Source: Octopus vulgaris (lineage: Eukaryota). From it: 64,000 bases of DNA. The position numbers and the translations under genes are program-made. The notes beneath the pieces were generated by a model. That model had not been told where the DNA came from. It searched no databases and worked only from the letters and a program-made list of their open reading frames with translations. Location: NCBI GenBank assembly GCA_951406725.2, contig OX597815.1:24676001-24740000 (forward strand). The letters are read 5' to 3'. Shown in pieces: positions 24,823 to 38,465 of this stretch (position 1 is the first letter of the stretch; every line of letters starts with the position of its first letter).

Positions 24823-24830
24823 TCAATAAT
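24474..24830 (+). repeat. Compound satellite: TTTCAATTTCCATTT alternating with variable-length (TAT)n
   Basis: About 8 units. Related units are also present at 23695-23810. Confidence 0.95.
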
Positions 24831-25197
24831 TTTTTGTTTTATTATAATGAAGTTTTCACATCTGAACTTTTTAACAGCTATATTTATGCAATGTGAAATG
24901 AGGGAGAAAACAGTTTATCATAAATAGACCATTAAGTAAACCAGTAAAACTCAGTAGGGTGGGGAACATAGTCGTGAAGTTAAAATGCTTGCTTCCGATC
25001 CATGGGGTTCTGAGTCCGATCCCATTGCATGGCTCATTGGGTAGATGTTTTCTATTGTAGCCTTTAGCTGATTGGCCTTCAGAGGGGAATTTGGTCAACA
25101 GAAACTGCATAGAAGTCTAGAAACCCATGGTATACATATCTGTGTGTGTCTATGTATGTACATTTGTGACTACACACTCACAAATAAACAAATACAT

Positions 25198-25239
<42 letters not shown>

Positions 25240-25240
<1 letters not shown>

Positions 25241-26965
25241 TATGGTTATTCTTTCCTTGCAGTTTTAAGCTCAATTCATTCATATGAGAAGTGACGTCAA
25301 CTAAAAACGACAACTTTGATAACCATGAAGGATCTGACAGCTGTGGATCAGTGAGAAAAAGATCTATTTCTCTTTGGAGCTTATGAAAATGAAACAGGAC
25401 TTTACTGTAACTGAGCCATCTCACTTCTGTGTAGTAAGACAAGTCACAGAAATTAGAATCCATTTCTTCAAGGAAAGCCTGGAACTGTCGGTGATTAAGC
25501 CCATGATTCCGAATAAAGTTCATCACAGGTGTAACAGGCTTTAGTACACAAGAAATATCTTAGTGTTTTCCACAGTGCTTGCTGATGTATAATGCAGTGT
25601 ATAAACAGAGCTTTCAGAAGTTGAAGCTCCTCCAACTTGGTCTGGATCCGCCCTACCAAACCCCTCCTTACTCCTGCCATGTTTTTTCCTCCATCGACTG
25701 TAACACACTGAAGCTGATTCCACTGAGGGTTATAGTTTTGCAAAGTTTTCTGCACCTCTATGAAAATACTTTCTCCAGTTGTTGTTCCATGTATACTGCA
25801 TACGGATGCCATTTCTTCTATAATCTCAAAGTTACAATTAATACCTATTTCTTTACTACCCACAAGGGGCTAAACACAGAGAGGACAAACAAGGACAGAC
25901 AAATGGATTAAGTCGATTATATGGACCCCAGTGCATAACTGGTACTTATTTAATTGACCCCGAAAGGATGAAAGGCAAAGTCGACCTCGGCGGAATTTGA
26001 ACTCAGAACGTAGCAGCAGACGAAATACCACAAAGCATTTTGCCCGGCATGCTAACGTTTCTGCTAGCTCGCCGCCTTCTTTTGCAATTAATACCATGAA
26101 TGAACACAAGACATTGTGACATACTAGAGAGATCAGTAGACTCATCCATTGCAAGAGAATACCACAAAAATTTCTTAGCTTTCTCATGTGTCTGTAACTG
26201 TATATTCTCTCCAAGTTCTATTCTCTGTATGACTGAACTTGCTGAAAGGCTGATACAGCCAAACATGTTAGCTTTTTCAGGACACAAGTCATTTGCTGCT
26301 TCCATCATCAAGCACTCTTTAATAAAGTTTCCGTCAGTAAATGGTTTTCCTCGCTTTGCAAACTTATTCACTATTTTACAACTTACATGAGTGATAGATT
26401 CATTTTCAACAAATATTTTCGTAAAGAAATTTCTTTGAGATTCCAAACTATATTTCATAGATTCAAATTTCTCGGACTGCAATTTTCCAGAATATTTAGA
26501 ATGTGTTGAGGGATGTTTTGCTTTGTAGTGACAACGAATATTGTACTCATTCATAACAGCAACACTTTCATTGCATATCAGGCAACTAGCTTTCTGGTCG
26601 TTTGTTTCCCCAAAGAGGTACTTTTCTCCCCCTTCTTTATTGAAAATGTGACATTCATCATCAACCTTTCTCTTTTTAGTAGCCATAACAATGGGTGAAG
26701 AAAAAAACAAAACCAGTCTTAGGTCTCGGCATCAGATATTCTCATTTTAATTGTAATCACTAATAACTGAATAGTCCAAGGCACACATGATGTACTTTAG
26801 TAATTATTATGGCGCATGAAATACATTGCACATGACGTGACCGCATCAGTATACATACGACATACGTAATCTAAGAAGTGTTAGAAGCAGTATAAAGCAT
26901 GTTTATTTTTTTACAGCATACGTTGGTGGGCCGGACAAATTGACGTAGTTTGGTGACCCATGCTG
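25240..26965 (-). mobile_element. hAT (SPIN/Buster, GTF2IRD2-like) transposon, 3'-truncated, with a pseudogenised transposase and a SINE A insertion (about 25845-26078)
   Basis: ORFs give MATKKRKVDDEC..., CLICNESVAV..EYNIRCHY...H (BED finger), KPFTDGNFIKEC, SLAMDESTD, VTVDGGKNM, HCIIHQQAL and TEVRWLS. The terminus cagcatgggtcaccaaact lies at about 26948-26965. Confidence 0.92.
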
Positions 26966-27998
26966 TAAAAGAACAACATTGCTTGCATGACAGTGATACT
27001 TAATTGCAACCATCATTTGATGTCATGACAGGTACATCTCACTGCACCCCCATACACACACACACACACACACACAAACAGGCTTCTTCCCCTTTCCATC
27101 TATCAAATCCACTCACAAGGATTTTGTTGGCAAGAAGTTATAGTTGAAGACACTTACTCAAGTTGCCATGCAGTGAGATTGAACTAGAGACCACATGGTT
27201 GGGAAGCAAGCTTCTTAACCCCACAGCCACAGTAACATCCCATGATCAATTGGGCATTTATAGATCCATTCCACGAATGTCTGTCTGTGTGTCTACGAAC
27301 CTGTTTTCATTTGTTTCTGCATGCAGTCTCTCCCACTCTCCCCACAAAATGTCACAGTAGATGAAATTCAAATAATGTTTAAGGAATGTTAATACTGCCT
27401 AAGAAATATTTTGGTTGGCATATTGAAACAATTAAAAAAAAAAATTTATTCATATATCACGTGCTGCTATTATTACTGCCATCATCACCATCACCATCAT
27501 CACCATCACCATCACCATCACCATCATCATCAACAGTAGTTACAACATCATTGTTATCAATGAAATCATCACTTATCAACATCACTAATATTGGTTTTAA
27601 GATTAGCTTTTCTAATGCTTAAATCTGATTTACTTGAAGCAGTGGGATCTTGATTGAACAGACCTGGCAAGCTATGTATTGAGTAACAGAGATTTAGTCT
27701 CAGACACATACCACCCACACACACAATAACCTCCCCACCACCACCACCACACACACACCGGCAGGCAGTCAAATAGAAACAGACACATAAACGGACAATA
27801 ACCAAAAGAGAATTAAAGAAGTAGTAGTTAGGACTTATCCAAAAGAGTTTTGAACATGATCAAGAACATTCAATTTGTGTTAGCATTATAGACATATTCA
27901 ACTTCTAATGGTTGAAAACAAACATGAATATAAGAATATATGCATATGAACTCATACATCTAAGATTATATGTACTTGTATGTGCATGCATGTCTGTG

Positions 27999-28306
27999 TG
28001 GAGGCACATGGCCTAGTGGTTAGAGCAGCGGACTCGCGGTCGAGGGATCGAGGGTTCGAATCTCAGACCAGACGATGTGTGTGTTTATGAGCGAAACACC
28101 TAAGCTCCACGCGGCTCCGGCAGAAGGTAATGGCGAAACTTCTGCTGACTCTTTCGCCACAACTTTCTCTCACTCTTTCCTACTGCATCTTGCAGCTCAC
28201 CTGCGATGGACCAGCGTTCCGTCCAGGTGGGGAACCTATATGCCAAGAAACCGGGAAACTGGCCCTTATGAGCCAGGCATGGCTCGAGAAGGAACAAACA
28301 ACAACA
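27999..28306 (+). mobile_element. tRNA-derived SINE family D (V/Meta-domain-like centre)
   Basis: A box TGGCCTAGTGG, B box GGTTCGAATC, central CCTGCGATGGACCAGCGTTCCGTCCAGG and (AAC)n tail. A relative lies at 39647. Confidence 0.8.
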
Positions 28307-29284
28307 TGCATGTCTGTGTACATGTGTGAGTGTATCTGAATAATAATATGCCACTTCCCTACAAATATGTTAACTTTTTGGTTCATTGTATGTAAGGAGA
28401 AACTATGATGTATGAACTTGAAGAATATGCTAAAATTCTAGTTAATATAAATAATGAACAAAATTGTTATGAAGTAGATCTGCTTGAAGTGTAAAATTTC
28501 TTAACAAATTAAGTCAAGGCATTTACCAAGAGAAAGGAATGTTTACAATAAACATCAGGTGTAAAAGTATTAATTTCAAGAAACCATTCTATATTTTCAA
28601 GACAAAAAATGTTTAGGTCTACCACAGAGCGTAAAGAACACTTTCATTTACAATTCAATAAAGTTGATTATAATCTTATGCTGAGCCAGTAAAAATCAGT
28701 TCGAAAGTTATTTACATATAGAAAGGAAATTCAATTATATATGAACAACATAATCTTTTTAAAACTCTTACCAAACCCGCATCAATAATTTACACAATGG
28801 GATGAGACGAACTGAGATAATAGGAATTATGATTGGTAAATATTTAAGTAGTTTATCAACAAACATCCTTTTGAAATAGGTAGGTGGAATGGTTTCCATA
28901 TTCTTTAAAATGAATGGAGTTCATAATATAACAGGTTATTTATACTTCTCTCTGTTCTGTGATTTTTTAGGTTTATTTATTTAATAAAAGTGACTGGTTG
29001 ACCAAACTGTGCTTAAACATAACAAATCTGTTTGAGACATTTATTATTAAAATGTAGATAACTAAAAATACAGGCTTCAAATTCCAATGTTCCTTTTTTT
29101 TAATGTTTCATTAAATATTAGTAGAATTCAGAGTGAAATGTTACAGCTATAAAAAAAAATTATGCTAAAATTTAAATATATGATGCTACATAAAATACTA
29201 AGATACCTTTGTAGCTGTAAAAATATGTGCAATAATTTTAGAAAGAAGAGATTTTCTTCTATGAAAGGAAACGTATGTGCTTAC

Positions 29285-29383
29285 CTCTTTGCATGCAACA
29301 TTATCAATCAGGTTATAATTGCTTGCATGCAATGGTTGATCAGCATTGACAGGATTTAAAATTACTTTATCTCCAACAACTAC
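29285..29383 (-). CDS. ITPR: IP3 receptor exon: [33 protein letters not shown]
   Basis: 99 nt, tttacag acceptor and gtaag donor. Matches ITPR1 [33 protein letters not shown] and continues the frame of the previous exon. Confidence 0.95.
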
Positions 29384-30077
29384 CTGTAAATTACAAAACG
29401 GAAAAGGAAAAAGTGTTGAAGATTAAACCAAAATTATATCAAAAGACTAGAACAGAATTCTAAGGAAAACAAACTTAGGTTAGTTAATTAACTTAGAATG
29501 TAAGAGTTTGATAGTTCTGAAAAAACAAAAACAAAAAACCCCCCAAATATTTACATGTATTGTTGAAGATAGATTCTACAATTGAATGAAATACTGGATA
29601 TCCGTTCATTCTTCACTCAAGAAATGATAACTAATTAGATTATATTAGAATTCTTTATATCTGAATTGAATTATTTCTAAAGTATATTGATTAAAATATA
29701 GGTATGATCTTTGTTTACAGTTTTCAGCAATAAAAATTTTGCTTTCAGACAATAGCCATCCAAACTGCAGGCTATTCCTCTCTGGTAGATGCCATGCAAT
29801 CAAGCTCAGAAACAATTTCCTTCTTAATGTTTTATAGAAGGACAACAACCTCTACCGTTTAATGAGATAGAGTTTACTTGTTTCTGTGTTTGAATACAGT
29901 CAATGCAATCATGTAAACATAATGATTTTCATAGCTTGAATGGGGAAGACAATCAGTGTATGCATCTAAGCAGACCATGTCAGATTGGTAACATCAATAT
30001 AGTTAATGATCAGCTAGAACTTTTGTTAGTTGATGTTAACCAAGAAATGAGGGCAGGAAGGGAATTTCTGAGCAATA

Positions 30078-30435
30078 TATGTTTCTTTATTAGCCACACA
30101 GGGCTGAACACAGAGGGGACAAATTACAAAGTAGAGCTGTTCTTTTTGGGGAGAAAGAAAATAAAATAAAAATAAAAAATAAAAATGGGTAGGTTTTTGA
30201 TCAAAAGTGATTGTAAAAAGAGAGAAAAAAAACGATCAATAGGGATCGTGTATCACAGAAATGACATGATGTAAAGTGTAAAGGGGGAAGCAGATGAGGT
30301 TTATCCATGGAAAGAAAAGCCTATGGAAAAGACAACGGTAACCTCAGTCAATGATGTCACATGTCAACACATTTGCAAGTAAGTAACTCTCTGTTTTAAA
30401 TTTTTCCGGGTTCATAGGATTATGCTCAAAGTGGC
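30078..30435 (-). mobile_element. Probable LINE 3' UTR whose terminus resembles the SINE A tail
   Basis: tttctttattagccacacagggctgaacacagaggggacaaa resembles the SINE A end, but the adjoining sequence is unrelated to SINE A. Confidence 0.5.
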
Positions 30436-31851
30436 TTTAATATAGTTCCGAAAGTGGGGAGGGAAGAAATGGGATAAGTGTAACATTTCTCCACACTACT
30501 TTGGATCTTGGGTATTAATCCATGCCTGGTAGATTTGGATTCAGCAGCAAACTGAAGTGAATTCAATATACATTACTCTGGGATAAGATGGAATCAACAA
30601 ATCTCTACAAGAACTCATATGGTTTCAACGATGTTATTTTTAATCGTCAACTTAAATGCTTACAAATGCAAATTAAACTAAGCTGGTTGAAATCAAAAGA
30701 TTAACGTTCCCTCATTGATTGTTTTGAAAAGTTTAAGTATCTTCTTGAAATATTTTATTTTGCTAAATCACTCAGTCATGATAAAACCCCAGAAAAGTTC
30801 CTCTGTGAATGTCATTTTCATATGACCACATTAATACTACTGGATAGTAAAAACTGTCTTTGTTTACATCTTTTGGTCAGTAAAAGATCCATAGTACCAG
30901 CACCTTCACTTTCAATGTGTGAGAACCAGTGAAATTAAAATACTTTACTTAAAATAAGAGATGGTGACAGGAGGAGCAGCTGGCTGAAGAAATTCTGCTT
31001 CAACAAGTTTTGCCTAACCCATACCAGTATGGATAAACCAGCATAAAAATTATAAAGTAAAGTTTGGTTTCTGTTCCGAATTGTAGTATTTTTACTTTAT
31101 TTACATGACTAATTCTTGTAGGTAAGTAATGAAGGAAAAAATTACCATCTTCTCCTTCTTTAGGCTTACTAAATTTCAACAACAACAATTAATAAATATC
31201 ACTAAATAGACATCATTACATATCAAATACCTTTGTTGATTGACTATTTCTTTTAACTTTATAAAAAGTTTATAAATTTTAAATTCATTCTTCAAAAAGG
31301 ATTTTCCCCTGTTCTCCTTGCTAAATAAATCTGTTCAAGAGACGCAATTCATCAAATGCCTTATCCTAAGGTGAATGGCAGCATGCTTGTTTACAATACA
31401 TCTTGTGTTACAACAGAAATTTTTGCCCTAAGTGATCCAATATGTAAACCTACCCAAATGAGCTAACTGCTTTAATACATGCACTCGTGTGAATGCATTA
31501 ATTACATTAATATTTCCACTCTGTACTGAAGTAATTTACTACATATCTGAGGAAAAATATTCTAAACTCTATTGAATGTAATAGGCACTGTATCACTGAG
31601 AATTAAAAAAGAGCATAAATTAGACAAAAAGCAATGACAACAGTGTAACGAGCAGTAGCAAACAATTTTTTACTGTTACAGTAATGCAGAAAAGGTGTTT
31701 AAGAAAATGCACTTTTCCATTAGAGTTAGTTTCTTGAATAAACTTTGCACAGCGATATCATAAACATTTGTTTACAATCCAAGTCTTCCTCAAATTACAT
31801 TTCACCTTCTTATACTGTAAAAACAGTCTCTTTTTTCCTTCCTGTTATTCC

Positions 31852-31853
31852 AG

Positions 31854-31916
<63 letters not shown>

Positions 31917-31975
31917 AATAAGAAGAAGAAGGATGATGATAATGATGATAATAATAATAATAATAATAATAATAT
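31852..31975. repeat. (TTA)n directly followed by (TAA)n microsatellite
   Basis: Directly visible; the two tracts are reverse complements. Confidence 0.9.
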
Positions 31976-32325
31976 AGCTCTATACATTCTGTTTACTTTT
32001 ATTCACAAGTGAAGCAAAAGACTATGAGAATTAATCTTATTAGCTTTTACTGTCAATCTGTGTCCTTTATCAGTTGTAAGCAAATTCAATATATAACCAT
32101 TGTTAACAGAAGACAGTACTTAAGCAGTCACTCACATTAGTTTATCTCATACAGAGAAGCTACTGTACTTTAAAAGGCTGAACTAATGACATAACACAAC
32201 AGCTGAAATAACACATTAATCGATGATCTGTTAAAATGTTAATATGGAAACTTTTATATATATAAGAAACACCTTGAGTGTTATGCTTTACAAATAGAGA
32301 TACTCCAAGGAAACAAGAAAGGATA

Positions 32326-32723
32326 TTTACTCTTTTACTCTTTTACATGTTTCAGTCATTTGACTGCGGCCATGCTGGAGCACCGCCTTTAGTCGAGCAA
32401 ATCAACCCCGGGACTTATTCTTTGTAAGCCCAGTACTTATTCTATCGGTCTCTTTTGCCGAACCGCTAAGTGACGGGGACGTAAACACACCAGCATCGGT
32501 TGTCAAGCAATGCTAGGGGTACAAACACAGACACACAAACACATACATATATATATATACGACAGGCTTCTTTCAGTTTCCGTCTACCAAATCCACTCAC
32601 AAGGCATTGGTCGGCCCGGGGCTATAGCAGAAGACACTTGCCCAAGATGCCACGCAGTGGGACTGAACCTGGAACAATGTGGTTGGTTAGCAAGCTACTT
32701 ACCACACAGCCACTCCTGCGCCT
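32326..32723 (-). mobile_element. SINE family B (young, CpG-rich copy)
   Basis: Full-length match to family B. Confidence 0.88.
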
Positions 32724-32921
32724 ACATGAATATTTCTAAAAGAAATCCCAAAATAATGGATAATGGAAGAAACTGTGTACCAAATCTAACTAAATCATAT
32801 TACATTGTAAAATTACACAAATAGCCATTAGAAGGAACAAAAATAGACAAGGCAGTCATTTAATGTTACTTTGTTAGATTTCATCATGCCAAACAGTATG
32901 CTTAATCCCTTTATGTCAAGC

Positions 32922-33352
32922 TGTTTCTTATTTCTTCACTGCCCACAAGGAGCTACACACAGAGGGGATAAACAAGGACAGACAAACGGATTAAGTCGAT
33001 TACATCGACCCCAGTGCGTAACTGGTACTTATTTAATTGACCCCCCAAAAGGATGAAAGGTAAAGTCGACCTCGGCGGAATTTAAACTCAGAATGTAGCG
33101 GCAGACGAAGTACCTATTTCTATTTCTTTACTACCCACAAGTGGCTAAACACAGAGAGGACAAACAAGGTCAGACAAACGTATTAAGTTGATTATATTGA
33201 CCCTAGTGCATAACTGGTACTTATTTGATCGACTCCGAAATGATGAAAGGCAAAGTCGACCTCGGCGGAATTTGAACTCAGAACGTAGTGGCAGACGAAA
33301 TACCACTAAGCATTTTACCCAACATGCTAACGATTCTGCCAGCACACCGCCT
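32922..33352 (-). mobile_element. SINE family A tandem dimer
   Basis: One full copy plus a head-less second unit joined at gacgaa(g)tacctatttc. Confidence 0.85.
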
Positions 33353-33819
33353 TATTTACTGATGGTAAATAATACCTGTTGTTAATCTAAGTTGTTTGTA
33401 TATTTTAAACCTTCATCATGGAGAGATGATTAGAAGTATCCAGTGCTGCCTTAAAACATGGGTACACTGGGGCCCAATTCAGATCTATCTATGTTGTGGC
33501 CAATAAATAAATACTGTTGGATCCAGTGTATTGATTTGCTGGTGGCGGTGGTAGTGGGGGAGGGAGTTCATTATGCTTCTAAGATGGCCCTGGATGTACC
33601 ACGGATTTTCTCCAGTGTAATGTATGTAGAATAAGTCAAACAGGAGGAATTACATCCTCTCCAAACTACATCCACAAGAGAAATAAATTCAGCATACAAA
33701 CCAACAAAACTCTCATCATCCCTGCAGTGCTATTGATTTTGTAGTTGTTTTATCCTTAAGTCAATCTTGATCAAGTAACCCAATGATCAAAGGTGTTTCT
33801 ATCGTAGCTATTCCATATT

Positions 33820-34760
33820 TTGTGCTTTTTATGTGCCACCTGCACATAAAAAGCACCATTTGAGCGTGGCCATTGCCAGTACCACCTAACTGGCCCTCGT
33901 GCCAGTGGCACATAAAAGCACCCACTACACTCTTGGAGTGGTTGGCATTAGGAAGGGCATCCACCTGTAGAAGCTCTGCCAGATCAGATTGGAGTCTGGT
34001 GCAGCCATCTGGTTCGCCAGACCTCAGTCAAATCATCCAACCCATGCTAGCATGGAAAATAGACGTTAAATGATGATGATGATGAGGAGGATGAAATTAC
34101 GTGAGTCTACATTATTCACTGATTCAACGTGACTCTTCATTGTTTTCCTTTTTAATATGCTAGATTTGTGTGATTTGATAAACATTCACAACTATTTCTG
34201 CTCACATTAGTTCATTGTGTGGTGTCGGTGTTTGTAGATATTGTGCTGCTGCTGTTGTTATTGCTTAATTTCAACTCAACCAAAATCAAGCTGAATTAGG
34301 ATCAAAGGCATCCCAGCAGTGACTGACTTTAACTTCTCCTTATACACTGTATAAGACATAATTCAATATACTCTTTACTCTTTTACCAGTTTCAGTCATG
34401 TGACTGTGGTCATGCTGGAGCACTGCCTTTAGTCAAGCAAATTGACCCCAGGATTTATTCTTTGTAAGCCTAGTACTTATTCTATCGGTCTCCTTTGCCG
34501 AACTGCTAAGTTGCAGGGATCTAAACATGTCAGCATCGGCTGTCAAGCAATGTTGGGGGGACAAACAAACACACACACATACACATACATATATACATAT
34601 ATATGACAGGCTTCTTTCAGTTTCCGTCTACCAAATCCACTCACAAGGCTTTAGTCAGCCTGAGGCTATAGTAGAAGACATTTGCCCAAGGTGCCACGCA
34701 GTGGGTCTGAACCTGTGATTCATAAGCAAGCTACTTATCACACAGCCACTCCTGCACCTA
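33820..34760. mobile_element. RTE tail (+, 33820-34083) and SINE B (-, 34370-34760)
   Basis: Both segments match the families described above. Confidence 0.8.
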
Positions 34761-36587
34761 TGTCGATAGAGTGCAATATGAGGGAGGTTTGGCTGCTAAT
34801 TCTAACAAGTTGAATGGTCACAGAGAGGCTCACTCACTGACTTGACAATGTTGTTGTTAGTTACAGAAGTGATTTGTTTCTACTCTGTAGTACCTATTTA
34901 CAGCTGAGTGACTGGGCCATTGGATAGCAAAAATCTTGGTTATAGACAGGTTACAGTACTTAAGTTGGTTACATGTTTTAACGTTAGAAGTCCAACATTT
35001 TTATGTGAAGATGATAAACAGAATGAAACTTATATGATTATTACTATTCCATTACTAATTGCAGCAGACAAACACTTCTGTTCTTCCATGAATAGGATTT
35101 TAAAATCAGAGATTGAATATTCATAAAACACTTCCACAACCACATATCTATAGAAAATATTGTACAGCAAAGATAGAAATGAAACATCTTGGTTTCATTT
35201 AATGTTATTTCAAGAATATTTAAAGATTTAACCTGTATTCCAGATGTTGTGGTAAACATCTTAGAATGAAAGAGGTGTGAAGATCTTTCAGCTGAAAGTC
35301 ATAAATTCTATCAGAAACTGGAAAGCTAAATTCCTAGAAAACTAAACTTCAGATCTTTGCTGCAAAAAAAAAAACATGCTTCTTACGAGAAAGATACCTT
35401 TCCTTATAAAGAAGTGAAATTTACAGTAGGTTGTATATCTATTTGAGTGATTGGTACCAAAACCAAATATTTCCTTTTTTTTTTTTAATTGTTTGGTCTG
35501 TGTGTGTGTGTGTGTGTCTGTGTTTCTTTCTTTCTCTCTCTCTCTCTCTCTCTCACTCACACTCACACTCACAAAATGTGTTCTACACGTTTCTGCTTAC
35601 TGTCCGGAATGCTACAACAATTAAACAATATAACACCAGAACTATTTTACTAATACAATTACTAAAAACTATCTGCAATTATAATATTGTCCTTATTCTA
35701 CTATTTATTCAATTAACGTTAATATAAGTAGGGCAAGGGAGTGAGCATGATAATATGTATCAGCATCAGATAGCTTCTGTGTCAATACCATTAATGTGTG
35801 ACCATTATTTGCAACTTCCTCTGTCTTTGCCAAAGTCAATTGTAATTTGCAAAAGCCAATAACAATTACTTACATTATCACAATTATGATTAAAATATTT
35901 CTAAGCTTATTTAAGAATCATATTATCTGTCAAGTGTTTACTGAATATCTAATGAATTATGTTAGTTCATTTAGGATGTGGCTGGTCTTTAATTCTAATG
36001 ATGAAATAGTCTAAAAGTAACCAGGCATATTAAGTACCTCACATAATTAATGATCAAACTTCAAGTTTTGCTTTTCAGTTAATCAATATAACTTGCATTT
36101 TTGAATATTTTACAAATGCAATTCAGATGTTTCTAAAAATACATTCGAGAAAATATAGTAATGAATGTAAAATAAACAACATTAAATTGTTACCAAAAGT
36201 TGTTAATAATTACCAAAGATTACTAATAAGTTTTGCAGTGAATGCTCATTTTGTTAGTGGATGAAATGCTTCAAATGATTTTTGCGAGGGTACTTTGTTC
36301 TCAGAAAGTAATAGCTAAGTTTGTCAAAACTGTTTGAAAGTCATTCACAATCTATTTAAGCTCTCAATCTAAATTACTCTGAAGAATATGGTTAGCTTTC
36401 AGAACATGGGATGCAGAAGATCACTCAGTATAAATGAAATTTCATAACAGAAAGAAGTAAGAATCTTGCTTAATGATTTTGATGAAAACAAATTTTAAGC
36501 AAATTTTGGAAATAAAATGTGGCCATCATCCCATCATCTTTGTCATCTATGGCTTGTGTTGGACATAATGACAGAGATATACTTAGG

Positions 36588-36690
36588 CATACATACATAC
36601 ATATGTACGTGTATATACATACACATATATACATATATATACATACAGACATATATACACACACACATATATATGTATATATATATATGT

Positions 36691-36733
<43 letters not shown>

Positions 36734-36835
36734 TACATATATATGTGTATATATATGTGTATATATATATATATAGATAGATATATTACTCTCTCTTTTT
36801 ACTTGTTTACATATACATATACATATATATACGTG

Positions 36836-36881
<46 letters not shown>

Positions 36882-36882
36882 C
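36588..36882. repeat. Compound (TA)/(CA)/(TG) microsatellite
   Basis: Directly visible; it produces spurious YI/HT/CV ORFs. Confidence 0.95.
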
Positions 36883-37203
36883 TTGTAGACATACAATTTA
36901 TAACTTTTATAAATAAAAACACCTTTGTTTCAAAACAACATAGTAAAAATAAAAAATAAAAACCATTTTATAGTAAAATGCTTTGCTAGCAACATGCAGA
37001 GAAGCTATAAAAACACTACTCTAGTCATTTTGCAAAGGTATGAATATTTAGACCTGTGCAATCAAAGCAAGCGTGAGAGAATGAAAAGGTAGGTTTTTGA
37101 AAATAAGAATTATTTATGACTTGCAAAGCAACTTTCTATATTATTTGCAATTATAAAATGCTCCCGAAAATATTTTAAATGTTTAAAATTCTCTTTGACT
37201 TAC

Positions 37204-37362
37204 ACTGTCACCAGGTGTTCGTAGTTTATAGTAAGCAACAATGTAGAACCAAGATCCTTCATTTCCTGCACTGTCTAAAGTCACACGCATGGCGTTTTTC
37301 TCCAGCAAAGCAGGCAACCGTTTATTCACAGTAAGATATTTATTGCTCTTCAAATGTAGAAG
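37204..37362 (-). CDS. ITPR: IP3 receptor exon: [53 protein letters not shown]
   Basis: 159 nt, polypyrimidine tract plus tag acceptor, gtaagt donor. Nearly identical to ITPR1 [41 protein letters not shown]. Confidence 0.97.
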
Positions 37363-38465
37363 CTAAAAGAAAAAAAAAAAAAAATTCAAAATTTGAATAT
37401 CTCAAATGTTAGATACGAATATAGAATACAACTTCAATATGCTAAAATTAAAAATCAACTTCTTTTAAAATATAGAAATGACACATAATTTTAAGAACAA
37501 ACAAGAATCAGTTTTGAAATCCAGATTGATTTTTGACATATTAAATTAATGTTTCACCTCAATCTAAATACTGGAATACAAAGCAAATTTTAATCCTTGT
37601 AATTGAATGAAACAGAGTGTGTAATATGTAAACTTAATATCATACATTTTAATTTTGCACTTGAATTAAAGGAACTCATGAGTTATTGGATGATATTTAT
37701 GGAAAAGAGTAATATAAAATATAGAACAAATTTAAGAGAGAATGCTCTTAAAATAGTGGGAAATAAAAGAAATTCAATATAAGCCCGAGACTCAGTTTTC
37801 ATACAGTTCAACAATGAGTTAAGATGAGAGAAGATTAAGATACAGATATAAAAGATCAGATTCAGTAAAAAGCAAAAGAAAATACAATGTTTATAATAGA
37901 CATTGTTTATCCAGATAATATGAAGCTTACATCAACCCAAACAAAGCAGTAAGAGGGAAAAATTTTAATAGTTAGCTGATGTAGAACCCCTTGATGTGCA
38001 TGGTTATGCAGTAACCATCAAAGGTTGAAGATATAAAAAAAAAGTTTCCTGTTATATCAGACCTTAACAGTGTTTGACAATGAGCAGTGTGTGATTGACC
38101 TTCATTCTATCAACTTTGGTGTGTTCAGACTTCAGCTACGTCTCTCTTGCTTGATCATGCATTAGGCTTTACATAAATAACATACCTACCCCAATTTTGG
38201 GGGAAATAATAACACCCTTCACTCTCCCTAACAATCTTTCATACATGTATCATCCACTACAGCCTAAAATATATCCAGTAAGATATGCATAACATCTGAC
38301 GCTCATCCTGCAGTAGAGGCATGACAAGCGATTTCAGTCAATACCAAAACACAGACAACTCATGAACAATATCAAGAAGAAACCTTTTAACAATGCATCT
38401 ATCAGAGGACTATTCTTTCATTCTACAGACTTGTGCCACTGCCCCAATTTTTGGTGTAAAATACC

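Noticed and set aside
24279-24830. CRISPR-like constant motif with variable spacers
   Set aside because: The variable parts are only (TAT)n of differing length, and the 22-bp array has no spacers.
27999-28075. tRNA gene (also at 39647 and the heads of SINE A and B)
   Set aside because: A and B boxes are present, but there is no complete acceptor stem, and the sequence continues into a repeated body and tail. These are SINE heads.
36470-36922. Long ORFs rich in YI/HT/CV (also 23486, 24452, 31768, 42273, 45346)
   Set aside because: These are translations of microsatellites, not genes.
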